DNA of 47,029 bases from a virus (lineage: Duplodnaviria; Caudoviricetes): positions 1 to 47,029 of the IMG/VR virus record IMGVR_UViG_3300025875_000772. One strand, written 5' to 3'. Positions 8,482-18,096 of the stretch are shown piece after piece; positions within the stretch are counted from its first letter, which is position 1; each line of letters starts with the position of its first letter. Made by a program: the position numbers and the translations under genes. The notes under the pieces are model-generated. The model was not told the DNA's origin. It did no database searches and saw nothing but the letters and a program-made list of their open reading frames with translations.

Positions 8482-9453
8482 ATGTCGAGCTACTTCCTTC
8501 TGCATACTGGCTTATGCCGGGACATCGAAGACGGTGCCAGCAAGAAAAAGAAGTGTACATGGAAGCAGGAACACTTCTATTTGGAAGCTGGTAAGCTGGC
8601 CTCTATCTCCGAGTACGAAGACGGACTTATCTACCGCAGTGCAGCCGGCCCGTTCACGGTGCCCGTAGGTGCCCAGCTCAGCACGGCGGAGGTATACGAG
8701 GCGGCGCTAGCCCGCTGGCAGGTAATAGAGGATGCCCGCTTGGCTAAGGAAACCCAAGAGAAGGAGATGAAGAAGCTCCTCAAGAAAGGCATGACGGTAC
8801 ATGCTCATGCCTCGGCAGAAGCCGGCGCTGCTGAGTCTGTGCCTACCCTCTCGGCCTCGGTTACCGTGAAAGAGCGCCCGCACTTCCTGGCCGACATTAC
8901 GGTGCTGGATTTCGAAGCCACGGGCAACGATCCGCTGGAGCTAGCGGCCGTGCGCTACCAGAACTTCGAACCCGTTGCCGAGCTGCAATCCTTTATTCGG
9001 TTCATGGGTCCGGTGCCCAGCTTCATTACTGGCCTCACCGGCATTACGTCGGCCGACGTGCGCTACGCTCCGGACGCAAGGGAAGTTCTTAGCCAGTTCA
9101 AGGCATTAGCCGGCGACTCGCTGCTAGTGGCGCACAACGCCCAATACGATCTGCGTATTCTGGAGACTACTCGCACGAAGCTGGGTGCCGCTACCAAGCT
9201 GCCAAACGATTTCCTATGCACGCTTCAGGTGGCGAAAGACCGCTACGAGGGGCCGCATAAGCTAGGCGAGTTGTGCCAACGCTTTGGCATTGCTAACGCC
9301 GGTGCACACCGGGCTATGAACGACGTGCGCATGTGCTTCAACCTATTACGCCACATGCATGAGGACTACGATGTAGCGGCCTCTTTGATGAATGTAGCCA
9401 ACCTCACCAAGGCGAAGCGCAAACCTGCGCAGCCTACTCTTTTCGCTGCTTAG
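8482..9453 (+). CDS. Second DEDDh 3'-5' exonuclease with unknown N-terminal domain
   Basis: DFEATG, AHNAQYD, HRAMNDV; about 130 aa of extra N-terminus. Confidence 0.9.
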   Translation: MSSYFLLHTGLCRDIEDGASKKKKCTWKQEHFYLEAGKLASISEYEDGLIYRSAAGPFTVPVGAQLSTAEVYEAALARWQVIEDARLAKETQEKEMKKLLKKGMTVHAHASAEAGAAESVPTLSASVTVKERPHFLADITVLDFEATGNDPLELAAVRYQNFEPVAELQSFIRFMGPVPSFITGLTGITSADVRYAPDAREVLSQFKALAGDSLLVAHNAQYDLRILETTRTKLGAATKLPNDFLCTLQVAKDRYEGPHKLGELCQRFGIANAGAHRAMNDVRMCFNLLRHMHEDYDVAASLMNVANLTKAKRKPAQPTLFAA

Positions 9454-9455
9454 CT

Positions 9456-10523
9456 ATGACAGCCCACGCCCAACGCTTCCTGCACTCCGAGAGTGCCGGC
9501 GGTGCCCACCCTACGCTTACCACCCGCAAAATGCTTCCCATCCGTCAGAACCTAAACCGGCTTACCTCAATCAACCGCACCCTGCGTGCCGTGTTGATTG
9601 AGGTAGTAGAGCTTGCGGAGAACGGCAAGCATGGAGCCTTTACCGCCGGCAACGACTTCCTGAGCGACCGGATAGGCGGCACCATTCGCACCATTACCCG
9701 CACGCTGGCTGAGCTACAGCGCCTCGGTTTAGTAGTCGCTACAGGCGCTACCAAGCTACGTCGCATCAAGCCAACAGCGCCGCTTCAGGCCTGCTATAAC
9801 GGCACCGAGGCAGAACAGTTTGCCGCCGTGGAAGAGCTGAATACCCAGCTTGAAAACTTGAAAGAATGCAAAATGTCTATAGACATTTTGCCCACTGAAG
9901 AGGCTGTGTCTATAGACATTCAGGGTAGTGTCTATAGACATTCAGGGTCAGTGTCTATAGACAACGGTGGTAGTGTCTATAGACATTCAGGGTCTGTATA
10001 TAAGGAAACGACCAATACGAACAATAAGACGACCAATGAAGGTGGAGGAGTCGCCCGCATGGCTTCCGCCCTCGCCGCCGCCGAAAAAAAAATACAAGAG
10101 TTGGAAGCGGAAAAAACCGCGCTGCAAGCCGAGGTCGAAAAAGTTACTACCCAACGGGACCAGCTCCGCAACAGCCTAGCGGCCCAACGCCCGGCTTCGC
10201 ACACTGGAGGGGCGGGGCGCCGGCTGCACTTCGTCGATTCGCCCTACGCTACGGCCGACGGCTTCCGGGAGCTGGCTGGCAAGATCAACGCCGGCCAAGC
10301 CTGCGCCGCCTACTACCTGCCCGACATGCTCACCAAGGCCGAGGGCATGGAGCAGCGCGACGACGCCGGCTGGAAGAATTGGGTAATGAGCTGGCTGAAG
10401 CGCGAACGGGATACCACCGGCGTGGTATCGAAGCTGCCCACCGGCGGCAAAGTAGGTCAGGTAGACAAACGCATGAGTGCCATTGAGCAAGCCATGGCAC
10501 TCGATAACGGTCAACAATACTAG
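9456..10523 (+). CDS. Replication initiator (winged HTH, internal iterons)
   Basis: GNDFLSDRIGGTIRTITRTLAELQRLGLV HTH; central VSID/VYRH repeats. Confidence 0.8.
   Translation: MTAHAQRFLHSESAGGAHPTLTTRKMLPIRQNLNRLTSINRTLRAVLIEVVELAENGKHGAFTAGNDFLSDRIGGTIRTITRTLAELQRLGLVVATGATKLRRIKPTAPLQACYNGTEAEQFAAVEELNTQLENLKECKMSIDILPTEEAVSIDIQGSVYRHSGSVSIDNGGSVYRHSGSVYKETTNTNNKTTNEGGGVARMASALAAAEKKIQELEAEKTALQAEVEKVTTQRDQLRNSLAAQRPASHTGGAGRRLHFVDSPYATADGFRELAGKINAGQACAAYYLPDMLTKAEGMEQRDDAGWKNWVMSWLKRERDTTGVVSKLPTGGKVGQVDKRMSAIEQAMALDNGQQY
9868..10003. repeat. Iteron array (probable phage origin)
   Basis: Palindrome TGTCTATAGACA at 9874, 9907, 9929, 9952 and 9974, plus a degenerate copy at about 9995, followed by an A-rich tract. 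Confidence 0.85.
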
Positions 10524-10525
10524 CC

Positions 10526-11410
10526 ATGAGCACCGCCTTAGCCCTGCGGTCGGAGTTTCGACACAAGCTCCCCGCTACCCTCTCTCCCCAAATCCGCAAC
10601 GCTGCCGAGCTTCTGCTAAGCCAGGAGCCAACGGCCAAGAGCTACACGGCGCTCGATCTACGCACCGAGCTATACCGCCCCATGAGTGCCGTTGCGATGC
10701 TCCTCGGGCACAGCAACAGCCTAGCCGAGGGGAAAGACTTGCAGATGATGGGTACGGCCCTGGCTGCCGTCATTCACCGCCGGTTCCCCTCATTCCGGAT
10801 GCCCGAGATTACCGAGGCCCTGGTGCGGGGTGCGTCGGGCGAGTGGCCCCTACCCAACGGCTTCCTGGCCCCTACCCTGCCCAACTTCACGCACTGGCTG
10901 GTATGCTACCAACAGCAATGCCGCTCGGAGGCCCTGAAGGCATTGCAAAAGGTGGCCGAGCATGAGCAGCAACTACGCCTGCCCAAGCCCAACTACGAAG
11001 CGGACTTGCCGGCGGCGGTGGCTGAGCTGGCCGAGCATGTACGCCACTGCGGCAGCTTCCCTACCCCGCTCGACGGCGGTAACCTGGCTTACGACTGGCT
11101 GAAGCGCATAGGGGCCTTCTCGGGCTTCAAAACGGCCAATCAGTATGCCGACATGATGCGCAAGGAATCTATTGCCCTGACGCGCACCCGGCCGTCGGAC
11201 CAATCCAAGCGCAAGCAAGTAGCCTCCTTCGCCGTGCTGCTTCGGCAGGGCTGGCCAGCTCAGCACCCGATGGCGATTACCGTCGCCAACAACTGTAAGA
11301 AGCGCTTGCTACGTGAGTGGGTACGCTACCACGTGGCCCGCAAAACCGACCTGCACACCTGGCTAACGGAGTTGGCGGCGGCGGTTCACCCTCAATCTAA
11401 AGCCGCATGA
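10526..11410 (+). CDS. Hypothetical protein, possibly replication accessory (helicase-loader position)
   Basis: Follows the initiator directly; no P-loop seen. Confidence 0.7.
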   Translation: MSTALALRSEFRHKLPATLSPQIRNAAELLLSQEPTAKSYTALDLRTELYRPMSAVAMLLGHSNSLAEGKDLQMMGTALAAVIHRRFPSFRMPEITEALVRGASGEWPLPNGFLAPTLPNFTHWLVCYQQQCRSEALKALQKVAEHEQQLRLPKPNYEADLPAAVAELAEHVRHCGSFPTPLDGGNLAYDWLKRIGAFSGFKTANQYADMMRKESIALTRTRPSDQSKRKQVASFAVLLRQGWPAQHPMAITVANNCKKRLLREWVRYHVARKTDLHTWLTELAAAVHPQSKAA

Positions 11411-11649
11411 GCCTCTGTCAATGCTGCCTTGCTCGTGTCATGGATGGAGACGAGCATGATAAGGTTCGGGCTGCCGTCGTGCGGTGGCTGCTCACGGAGC
11501 GCGGCCACCTTGACCATAGCCAGAAGTCGGACGCCCACCTGCTGAAAACCAACGACGCCGAACCTCAACAGGCCCGACTTGATGCCGACAACTTCCTGGC
11601 GTTGCTGGCCCACGTCGGCAAGGAACCACCACAAGACCCGCCTTTCTGA
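11407..11649 (+). CDS. Hypothetical protein
   Basis: ATGA coupling with upstream gene. Confidence 0.55.
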   Translation: MSLCQCCLARVMDGDEHDKVRAAVVRWLLTERGHLDHSQKSDAHLLKTNDAEPQQARLDADNFLALLAHVGKEPPQDPPF

Positions 11650-11861
11650 TGAAGTGCCACTGGGCCACTGACGACGACGGCACCCGGTTCTGGCTGCCGG
11701 GGTGTATGGGGTCGGCGGCAATAGGCCCACATGCCTGCACTTGCCGCCCTGCTAGGCCTCCGAAAGCACCGGACCCCAAAGATCAGCTTATCAAAGAATT
11801 AGAAGCCGATAACGCCCGACTTAATCGGCTCCTCTACAACCTACTCAAACGCTCCAAATGA
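11649..11861 (+). CDS. Cys/His-rich small protein with coiled-coil tail
   Basis: TGATG coupling; PGC...CTC motif. Confidence 0.6.
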   Translation: MKCHWATDDDGTRFWLPGCMGSAAIGPHACTCRPARPPKAPDPKDQLIKELEADNARLNRLLYNLLKRSK

Positions 11862-12334
11862 AAGCCTTATCCCTTATTCAGCCCTACGCCACGCTCATCA
11901 TGCTTGGCTACAAACAGTACGAAACCCGCTCCTGGGACACGAAGCACCGCGGCCCTTTGGCGATTCACGCCAGCGTCGGGAAACCTGCCTGGGCGCGCGA
12001 AGTAGCGGCTACCTGCCCCGAAATCTCGGCTATCCTGAAACGGCACGGCCTCACCTTCGACACGCTACCCCGCGGCGTAGTGCTCGGTGCTTGCGACGTG
12101 AAAGAAACTCTACTCATCATGCACGGCGCGCCACGAGACAAAGAAGGCTGGTTAGACCCCTCATTAATCAGTGCTACAGAGGAAGCCTGTGGCGACTACA
12201 CACCCGGCCGCTATGCGTGGCGCCTGACGCAGGTAATGGCGACGGGTATACCTATCCCCTGCAAAGGGGCACTGAGCCTGTGGCAGGTGCCGGACGAGGT
12301 GTACAATCAACTCCCCCAGGTAATGCAGGCATGA
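11858..12334 (+). CDS. ASCH-domain protein
   Basis: MKALSLIQPYATLIMLGYKQYETRSW...RGPLAIHA...KGALSLW. Confidence 0.9.
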   Translation: MKALSLIQPYATLIMLGYKQYETRSWDTKHRGPLAIHASVGKPAWAREVAATCPEISAILKRHGLTFDTLPRGVVLGACDVKETLLIMHGAPRDKEGWLDPSLISATEEACGDYTPGRYAWRLTQVMATGIPIPCKGALSLWQVPDEVYNQLPQVMQA

Positions 12335-12498
12335 GCACACGGACCAAGATTTTACAACGCCTCGCCGGTACCGATGAGGCCGAGCTACAGCGCCTGCGCC
12401 GGCTCTACGCCAACGACCGCGAAGCGCTAAAGGCCATTGAAGACAAGTTGAACCCACCACCCACCAAACGCGCTGCCCAGCGCACAATGAGCAAGTAA
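12331..12498 (+). CDS. Hypothetical protein
   Basis: ATGA overlap, MSTRTKILQ.... Confidence 0.55.
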   Translation: MSTRTKILQRLAGTDEAELQRLRRLYANDREALKAIEDKLNPPPTKRAAQRTMSK

Positions 12499-12499
12499 A

Positions 12500-12868
12500 A
12501 TGGAAATAGGTATCCCAGCATTCGTTTCTACAATCTGCGACAAGGCGACGGGGTTACCCTGGCGCGTATCGGCCGGCACGTCGGTTGTCGGTGCCGGCGT
12601 ATGGGCGCAGCCAGACCCGAAGAAAAACACCATGGCTATCGGCATGGGCATGACGGCGGATAATGCCACGTTCGCTATGACGGCCCGCACGTGGCTGCCG
12701 AAAGCAATAGCGCAGGTATCGGAGCTACAGCGGCGGCAGGCGGCGGCGCTGGCTATTCTTGACGAGGCAGCCACGTTCGACGACAGCCGCTCGGATGAGT
12801 TGCACTTACGCGTACTGGCGGCGGTGGCAGAGCTACGGCCTACGGAGGAAGGAGGTGAGGGGAAATGA
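12500..12868 (+). CDS. Hypothetical protein
   Basis: Tightly packed in the operon; ADNATFAMTARTWLP resembles the phage Ead/Ea22-like motif. Confidence 0.65.
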   Translation: MEIGIPAFVSTICDKATGLPWRVSAGTSVVGAGVWAQPDPKKNTMAIGMGMTADNATFAMTARTWLPKAIAQVSELQRRQAAALAILDEAATFDDSRSDELHLRVLAAVAELRPTEEGGEGK

Positions 12869-13086
12869 GACCATACTTCACCGTCTGGAAAGAGCCTAAA
12901 ACCCACGGCTGGCGCTTCACTCTTTGGGGTGCCAACGGTGCCTGTCTCTTCCATAGCCTGCGAGAATACACGACCAAGCGTGGGGCAAAGAAGGGCTGTG
13001 AAAGCATCATGCTTTGTTTCTCTGCCTGCTCTGGTGGCGCGCACAAAGATGTATTCGACGTGGAAGGGAAGCTACTCAACGGATGA
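12865..13086 (+). CDS. Small protein, DUF1508/YegP-like
   Basis: WRFTLWGANG...S..EYTTKRGAKKGCESI resembles the YegP repeat consensus. Confidence 0.6.
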   Translation: MRPYFTVWKEPKTHGWRFTLWGANGACLFHSLREYTTKRGAKKGCESIMLCFSACSGGAHKDVFDVEGKLLNG

Positions 13087-13337
13087 CCGCAGCCGAATAC
13101 AAGGCCCTCAACGCACCCAAAGCCACCGGCAAGGCAACCACGCCAGCCGGTGGCCGAAGTGCTCCCCAGCGCCAAAAACTACCGCAAGAACAGCCGCCCA
13201 CGCTACGCCCCGCCTACTGCGTCGTGCCCTGGCCCGATAGTCCTGCCTTTCGCTTCGTGTGCCACGGCATCAGCGAGGCCCAGGTAGAGATGCTGCGCCA
13301 AGCCTGCGACGCCGCTGGTATTCCCCAACAGAACTAA
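13083..13337 (+). CDS. Hypothetical protein
   Basis: ATGA overlap, MTAAEYKAL. Confidence 0.55.
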   Translation: MTAAEYKALNAPKATGKATTPAGGRSAPQRQKLPQEQPPTLRPAYCVVPWPDSPAFRFVCHGISEAQVEMLRQACDAAGIPQQN

Positions 13338-13348
13338 TACTACCCCTC

Positions 13349-13654
13349 ATGCCCCAGACTCCCGCACCCCTCTCGCCAGAGCGCTTGCAGCAGATACGCC
13401 AACTGCAAGGTGAATGGTTGATTGCCACCGCTGGCAAGCCGCATCGTCATCAGCCGCAGTTAGCGACCACCTACGCTGGCGAATTACTCTCGCATATAGA
13501 AGCCCGCGACGCCCAGGTGCGCGAGCAGCTACAACGCTTGCTCTACCCCGAAGCCTTCCTGGCTCACTTGGAAGGCGACGACCGCATTCGGTGCCGCGCC
13601 CACAACATGTACGTGCGCCTGGCCGCCCAGCGCCTCGGCCTCTCCCTCGACTAA
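13349..13654 (+). CDS. Hypothetical protein
   Basis: ATG after a C-rich leader, co-oriented with the operon. Confidence 0.55.
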   Translation: MPQTPAPLSPERLQQIRQLQGEWLIATAGKPHRHQPQLATTYAGELLSHIEARDAQVREQLQRLLYPEAFLAHLEGDDRIRCRAHNMYVRLAAQRLGLSLD

Positions 13655-13727
13655 CACCCCGCCCATGCCCCTGATTCAACACGTGCCCCTGCTGACTGTC
13701 TAATCGCCTACTCTATCCCATCCCGCT

Positions 13728-13988
13728 ATGCGTCCCGCTCTCACCGCTATTATCCTCCCCATCACCTGCCAAGCGCCCGCCCCGCAGCCTGGCTCCCGTA
13801 CGTTCCTCATCTCCGAGATGACCACCGCCGCCCGCCGGGTAGCCGACATCAGCCGCAAGCACCCCTCCTGGCCCCAGGCCCGAGTCCGCAGCACCGTGGC
13901 GCGGGAGCTGGCCATCAGCACCGTGCAGCTGCGCTACCTGCTACGCAAAGCGTCCGAGCAAGAGGAGTTGGCCCGAAACGCGAATTGA
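13728..13988 (+). CDS. HTH-like protein, candidate late-gene regulator
   Basis: VRSTVARELAISTVQLRYLLRK; last gene before terS. Confidence 0.6.
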   Translation: MRPALTAIILPITCQAPAPQPGSRTFLISEMTTAARRVADISRKHPSWPQARVRSTVARELAISTVQLRYLLRKASEQEELARNAN

Positions 13989-14062
13989 GTTACGCTTTTT
14001 GCAGCCGAGTTACGCTTTTGGATGGTGGCGTTTTGTCGGCAGTCTACGGAGTAGGAAGTTCG
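13980..14062 (+). promoter_or_regulatory. Candidate late promoter of the terminase/tail operon
   Basis: GAGTTACGCTTTT at 13987 and 14007; TAGGAAGTTCG at 14052. Confidence 0.65.
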
Positions 14063-14066
14063 GGAA

Positions 14067-14906
14067 ATGGCTTCCCACCCGAAAGACGCAGCCCGTATTG
14101 CACTGGAAAAATTAACGCCTCAGCGACGCAAATTCGTTGAGGCTTACTGTGCGTCGTTCAATGCCACAAAAGCGGCCCTGAAGGCAGGATATAGCAAGAA
14201 AACGGCCCGCACCCAGGGAAGTCACCTATTGACAATAGTTGACATAAAATCGGCAATCAAAGAAATGCTCAGCACGGCTGGCATGGACCCCGAAGAGATT
14301 GCCGCCCGTTGGGACCGAATTGCTAAAGCGGACCTGTCCGACTTCTACACGAAGCAGCAGGTAGAATACACCCCGCGTATTGCCAAGCCGCTGGCCCAGG
14401 TGGTGGAGGAGTTCCGGCGTGATGTAGAGTTTGAGCAGGAGCTAGCTATGCGGGCTGAGGCGCTGATCTCTGACAAGAAGAAACGGGAGAACTTTCGCAA
14501 GAAAGCGCAGGCGGCTCAGGTGCTAAGAGAGTTCGATCTGCTGCGGCTGGAGATGGAGTTGGAGCGCGCTCCTAATGCTGTGCGCTGGGTTGATGGCCCG
14601 AAGGAGTGGCGTTACGAAATGCGTCTCGACCTCGTGAAGGCGGAAGAGTTAGGCATGCTGGACCTAGTGAAGTCAATTACCGAGGGTCGCAACGGCACGT
14701 CGTTCAGCCTACGTGACCCCGACGCGGCCCTGGACAACCTAGCCAAGTGGCGCGGCATGCTCACCACGAAGGTAGACATCACCAGCGGTGGCGAACCCGT
14801 AGCGGCCCCGCCGTTGCTGGGCGTGCTCAGCCTGGAGCAGAAGAAAGAGCTACTCGAAAAGCGGAAGCAGCTTCGGGCGCAGCAGGAGGGCGCGGCCAAT
14901 GAGTGA
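14067..14906 (+). CDS. terS: Terminase small subunit
   Basis: LTPQRRKFVEAY...NATKAALKAGYSKKTARTQGSHLL (Terminase_2); KVDITSGGEPV. Confidence 0.92.
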   Translation: MASHPKDAARIALEKLTPQRRKFVEAYCASFNATKAALKAGYSKKTARTQGSHLLTIVDIKSAIKEMLSTAGMDPEEIAARWDRIAKADLSDFYTKQQVEYTPRIAKPLAQVVEEFRRDVEFEQELAMRAEALISDKKKRENFRKKAQAAQVLREFDLLRLEMELERAPNAVRWVDGPKEWRYEMRLDLVKAEELGMLDLVKSITEGRNGTSFSLRDPDAALDNLAKWRGMLTTKVDITSGGEPVAAPPLLGVLSLEQKKELLEKRKQLRAQQEGAANE

Positions 14907-16431
14907 GTACACCACCGAGGAGCTGGCGCTGGAAGCTGAGCTAGCCGAGATTACCGATGCCCAACTCGAAGCCGATATCTGCAAGGAGTCGTTCTTCGAG
15001 TTCTTCTGCGTGTTCTGGCACACCATTGAAGCCGTTGAGCTGAAGCTGAACTGGCACATTGAGTACCTGTGCCATGAATTGCAGGACGTGTACGAGAAGT
15101 GGGAGCGTAAGGAAGTGCAGCCCGATGTGCTGATTAATGTACCTCCTGGTACGTCCAAGAGCACGACGGTAACGCAGCTGTTCCCCGCCTGGCTATGGCT
15201 GAAGAAGCCGAGCATTCGCCTCATCAGCAGCTCGTTTAACGCGCCTCTGTCGATCAGTCACTCAACCAAGACGCGCCTGTGCCTGAAGTCGCCTAAGTTT
15301 CAGCAGCTCTTCCCTGGTCACATCGAATTTCAGGATGACCAGGATGGTAAGACCGACTACCGCAACACCAAGCTAGGGCAGCGCTACAGCACCTCCACCA
15401 CCGGCGGCCCAACCGGTAACCACGCCGACTTCATCATCATCGACGATCCGCTCAACCCGCAGAAGGCAGCCAGTGAAGCGGCGCTGGTGTCGGCCTCGGA
15501 GCACTTGAAGACGCTGGCCACGCGGACCACCGACCCCGAGCGCACCATCAAAATCATGGTGATGCAGCGCATTTCGGAGAAAGACCCCGCCGGCGAGTGG
15601 CTGGCGTCGGGCCGTGCCTTACGGCATATCTGCCTACCCGGTGAGCTAACGGCTGACAAGCAAACCGGCGAGGTAGGGAAGCAGGTGCGGCCGCAGGCCT
15701 TGAAGGCCCGCTATATCGATAACCTACTTGACCCAGTGCGCCGCCCCCGGCTGGTACTGGAAGGGCTGAAGGTGGCGCTGGGTTCCTACGCCTACGCTGG
15801 TCAGGTCCAGCAGCTGCCCGCTCCGGACGAAGGCGGCATCCTGAAGAAGGTGTGGTTTAGCGCCATTACCTGGGCTGCCTTCCTGCAAACGGTGCCCGGT
15901 GCCGCTGCTGCTATCTGGGATGGTGACGCTGACACCGCCTACACTGACAACCAGAAGAACGACCCTAGCGCCCTACTGGTGAGCAGCTATATCGGGCAGA
16001 CGCTGTACGTGCGCTTCGTGGCTGAAATGTGGCTGGAGATGCCGCAGCTGAAGCTCAAGCTCCCTGCGCTTCTCAAAGACTACGACGCGGCCACCAACCG
16101 CAGCAAGCTCTACGTAGAGCCCAAAGCCAGCGGTAAAAGCGTGGTGCAGGAAATCCGCAATATCAGCCAGCTCAACGTCGTGGAAGCGCCCACCCCAGAT
16201 GGCGACAAGCGCAGCCGCGTCAACACCGCTAGCCCCTTCATTGAGGCCGGCCGCGTCGTGCTCATCGATGGCAGTTGGAATGAAGCCTTTGTCAATCAGT
16301 GCGCGGCCTTCCCGACGGCCGCCCACGATGATATGCTGGACTGCTTAACGCAAGCCATTCGCCGGTACACCGAGCCCGCACCTACCCCTATCCGTCACTC
16401 CCAATCCTTCGGCGCCGTGCGCCGCCGTTAG
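14899..16431 (+). CDS. terL: Terminase large subunit
   Basis: INVPPGTSKS Walker A, IIIDDP, VMQR, DTAY, EPKASG, FPTAAHDDMLD. Confidence 0.95.
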   Translation: MSEYTTEELALEAELAEITDAQLEADICKESFFEFFCVFWHTIEAVELKLNWHIEYLCHELQDVYEKWERKEVQPDVLINVPPGTSKSTTVTQLFPAWLWLKKPSIRLISSSFNAPLSISHSTKTRLCLKSPKFQQLFPGHIEFQDDQDGKTDYRNTKLGQRYSTSTTGGPTGNHADFIIIDDPLNPQKAASEAALVSASEHLKTLATRTTDPERTIKIMVMQRISEKDPAGEWLASGRALRHICLPGELTADKQTGEVGKQVRPQALKARYIDNLLDPVRRPRLVLEGLKVALGSYAYAGQVQQLPAPDEGGILKKVWFSAITWAAFLQTVPGAAAAIWDGDADTAYTDNQKNDPSALLVSSYIGQTLYVRFVAEMWLEMPQLKLKLPALLKDYDAATNRSKLYVEPKASGKSVVQEIRNISQLNVVEAPTPDGDKRSRVNTASPFIEAGRVVLIDGSWNEAFVNQCAAFPTAAHDDMLDCLTQAIRRYTEPAPTPIRHSQSFGAVRRR

Positions 16432-16434
16432 TCT

Positions 16435-17237
16435 ATGCCCTACGCCTTCGAATCACCTCTCACCAACAGCCTGTTCATCCTACCCGACCGCTGGCAGGAC
16501 GTGACGCTGACCCAGGCCGACGCCCTCCGTACTGGTACGGACCTCTACGACTACCTGGCGCTGCTCTGTGGCGTCGCTCCGGAGCACGTGATGCAGTGGC
16601 CTTCCTCGGTGCTGACGCCTGAGCTGGTCGACTGCCTGCGCTTCCTGCAAGAGCCCGCGCCCGAATGGCTCACCACGCTACCCGTGCCGAGTTACCTGAT
16701 TCTACCCGGTCCCGGCCCGCTCGGCTGGGTGTCGCTGCCCGTACCCCAGGACATCAGCGCGAAGACCTTCGGGCAATCAGCCGACTTGGCCGCTGTGCTC
16801 ACCGATAACAGCCTCACAGCCTATCAGCAGCGGGCACGGGTACTGGCCATCTACTTCTACTCGGCCTACTACCGGTGTGCCTACGACAGTGACGGCATTG
16901 AGGCCTTTGCCGATATCTGTGCCCAGGCCACGCTAGCCGAGGCGCTGCCGCTGACCGCTTTTTTTTTGGGCAGTACGAACGCATCCGACGCGCCCATGCC
17001 CAGCAGCTTAAGAAGATTCCGCTCCGCCCTGAGGAGAAAGCGGCAGGCCTGGACAAGCTGGTGGCCGAGTGGGACGTGGTGGCCGTCGTGGACGCGCTCA
17101 GTGGTGGCGACAAGACCCGCTGGCCCTACTTCTTCCGCCTCAGCTGGGCCGAGGTGAACGTGATGATCGAGTACGAAAACCATCAGGCGCACGTCCGCTA
17201 TCGGCTGCGCCAGCAACAGGAGAAACAGAGGAAATAA
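16435..17237 (+). CDS. Tail-assembly-chaperone-like gene with predicted -1 frameshift at a T9 run
   Basis: The 0 frame ends at 17157. The -1 frame from T9 (16959-16967) is open to TAA 17235-17237, which overlaps the next ATG. Confidence 0.7.
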
Positions 17238-17635
17238 TGAATCTACCGCAACCGCAACCATCTGGGCTGAAGCCTGGCAGTGTCAGCTTCACGCAACTAT
17301 TGAGCGTGATAGAAGACAAAACGAAGATGACTTATCTGGCTCTGCTAGACGGCAAGCCGATAGCTCAGGCTGATGTGAGTGATTGGGATAAGGCCGGAGG
17401 CTGGATTAACTGGGTGTTTGTAACGGGCGAGTGGCAGCGGCACGGCGTAGGGCGCGCCTTGCTCCAATACATCATGCAGCAGGCGGTAGAGGCAGGTAAG
17501 GAGGGGCTTGGACTAAGCGTAAAGTTTGAAAATGAGCCCGCTATGCAACTCTATCGGTCGCTGGGCTTTCGTCCGCTGTACAGTTATGATGAGACCTTCT
17601 GCGCTATGGGTGTGCAGCTAAATATCTGTAAATGA
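17237..17635 (+). CDS. GNAT acetyltransferase
   Basis: INWVFVTGEWQRHGVGRALL, NEPAMQLYRSLGF. Confidence 0.9.
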   Translation: MNLPQPQPSGLKPGSVSFTQLLSVIEDKTKMTYLALLDGKPIAQADVSDWDKAGGWINWVFVTGEWQRHGVGRALLQYIMQQAVEAGKEGLGLSVKFENEPAMQLYRSLGFRPLYSYDETFCAMGVQLNICK

Positions 17636-18096
17636 ACCTACCCCACGCCCTCATCCAAGCCGCGGCCACCGCTGTGCTGCCCGGCTGCTTCTGGCTACAC
17701 GGTGAGCAGGAGCTGGCCAACATCCAACTTGATGACACCAGCAGCACCGACCGCATCGTGTTCCTCGACGATAAGATGCCCTATCAGTTCGTCATCAACA
17801 AGTTTCAGCAGCTGACGGGCGTGCGCTATTCGTGCTTGCTCATGCTGCTGGTGCCCTCCGACCTGAACGACCTGCCCGCCGTGCGCCTACCCCGTGTGGC
17901 GGCCATGGTCGACGTGTCTGCCCGGCTCATTGCGGCCCTGGCTCCGCAGGTGCAGGCCGTGCGCCAGGTGCGGCCCGCCGAAGTGGTGAACATCGGCCCG
18001 TTTGACCGGCCTGTGGATGGGGTAGTGCTCTACCTCGAGGTGACGCTGAAAGGCAGCGTGAATATGTGCCTACCCTTAGATCAGAGTCAGGTATGA
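17632..18096 (+). CDS. Putative tail terminator / neck protein
   Basis: Size and position in the structural operon; ATGA overlaps at both ends. Confidence 0.55.
   Translation: MNLPHALIQAAATAVLPGCFWLHGEQELANIQLDDTSSTDRIVFLDDKMPYQFVINKFQQLTGVRYSCLLMLLVPSDLNDLPAVRLPRVAAMVDVSARLIAALAPQVQAVRQVRPAEVVNIGPFDRPVDGVVLYLEVTLKGSVNMCLPLDQSQV

Noticed and set aside
9868-10003. CRISPR array
   Set aside because: Repeats are 12 bp with 10-21 nt non-unique spacers inside a CDS; no cas genes. Iterons fit better.
17069-17236. N-terminal extension of the GNAT ORF given by the ORF track
   Set aside because: Low-complexity shadow of the upstream -1 frame; the true start is most likely ATG 17237.
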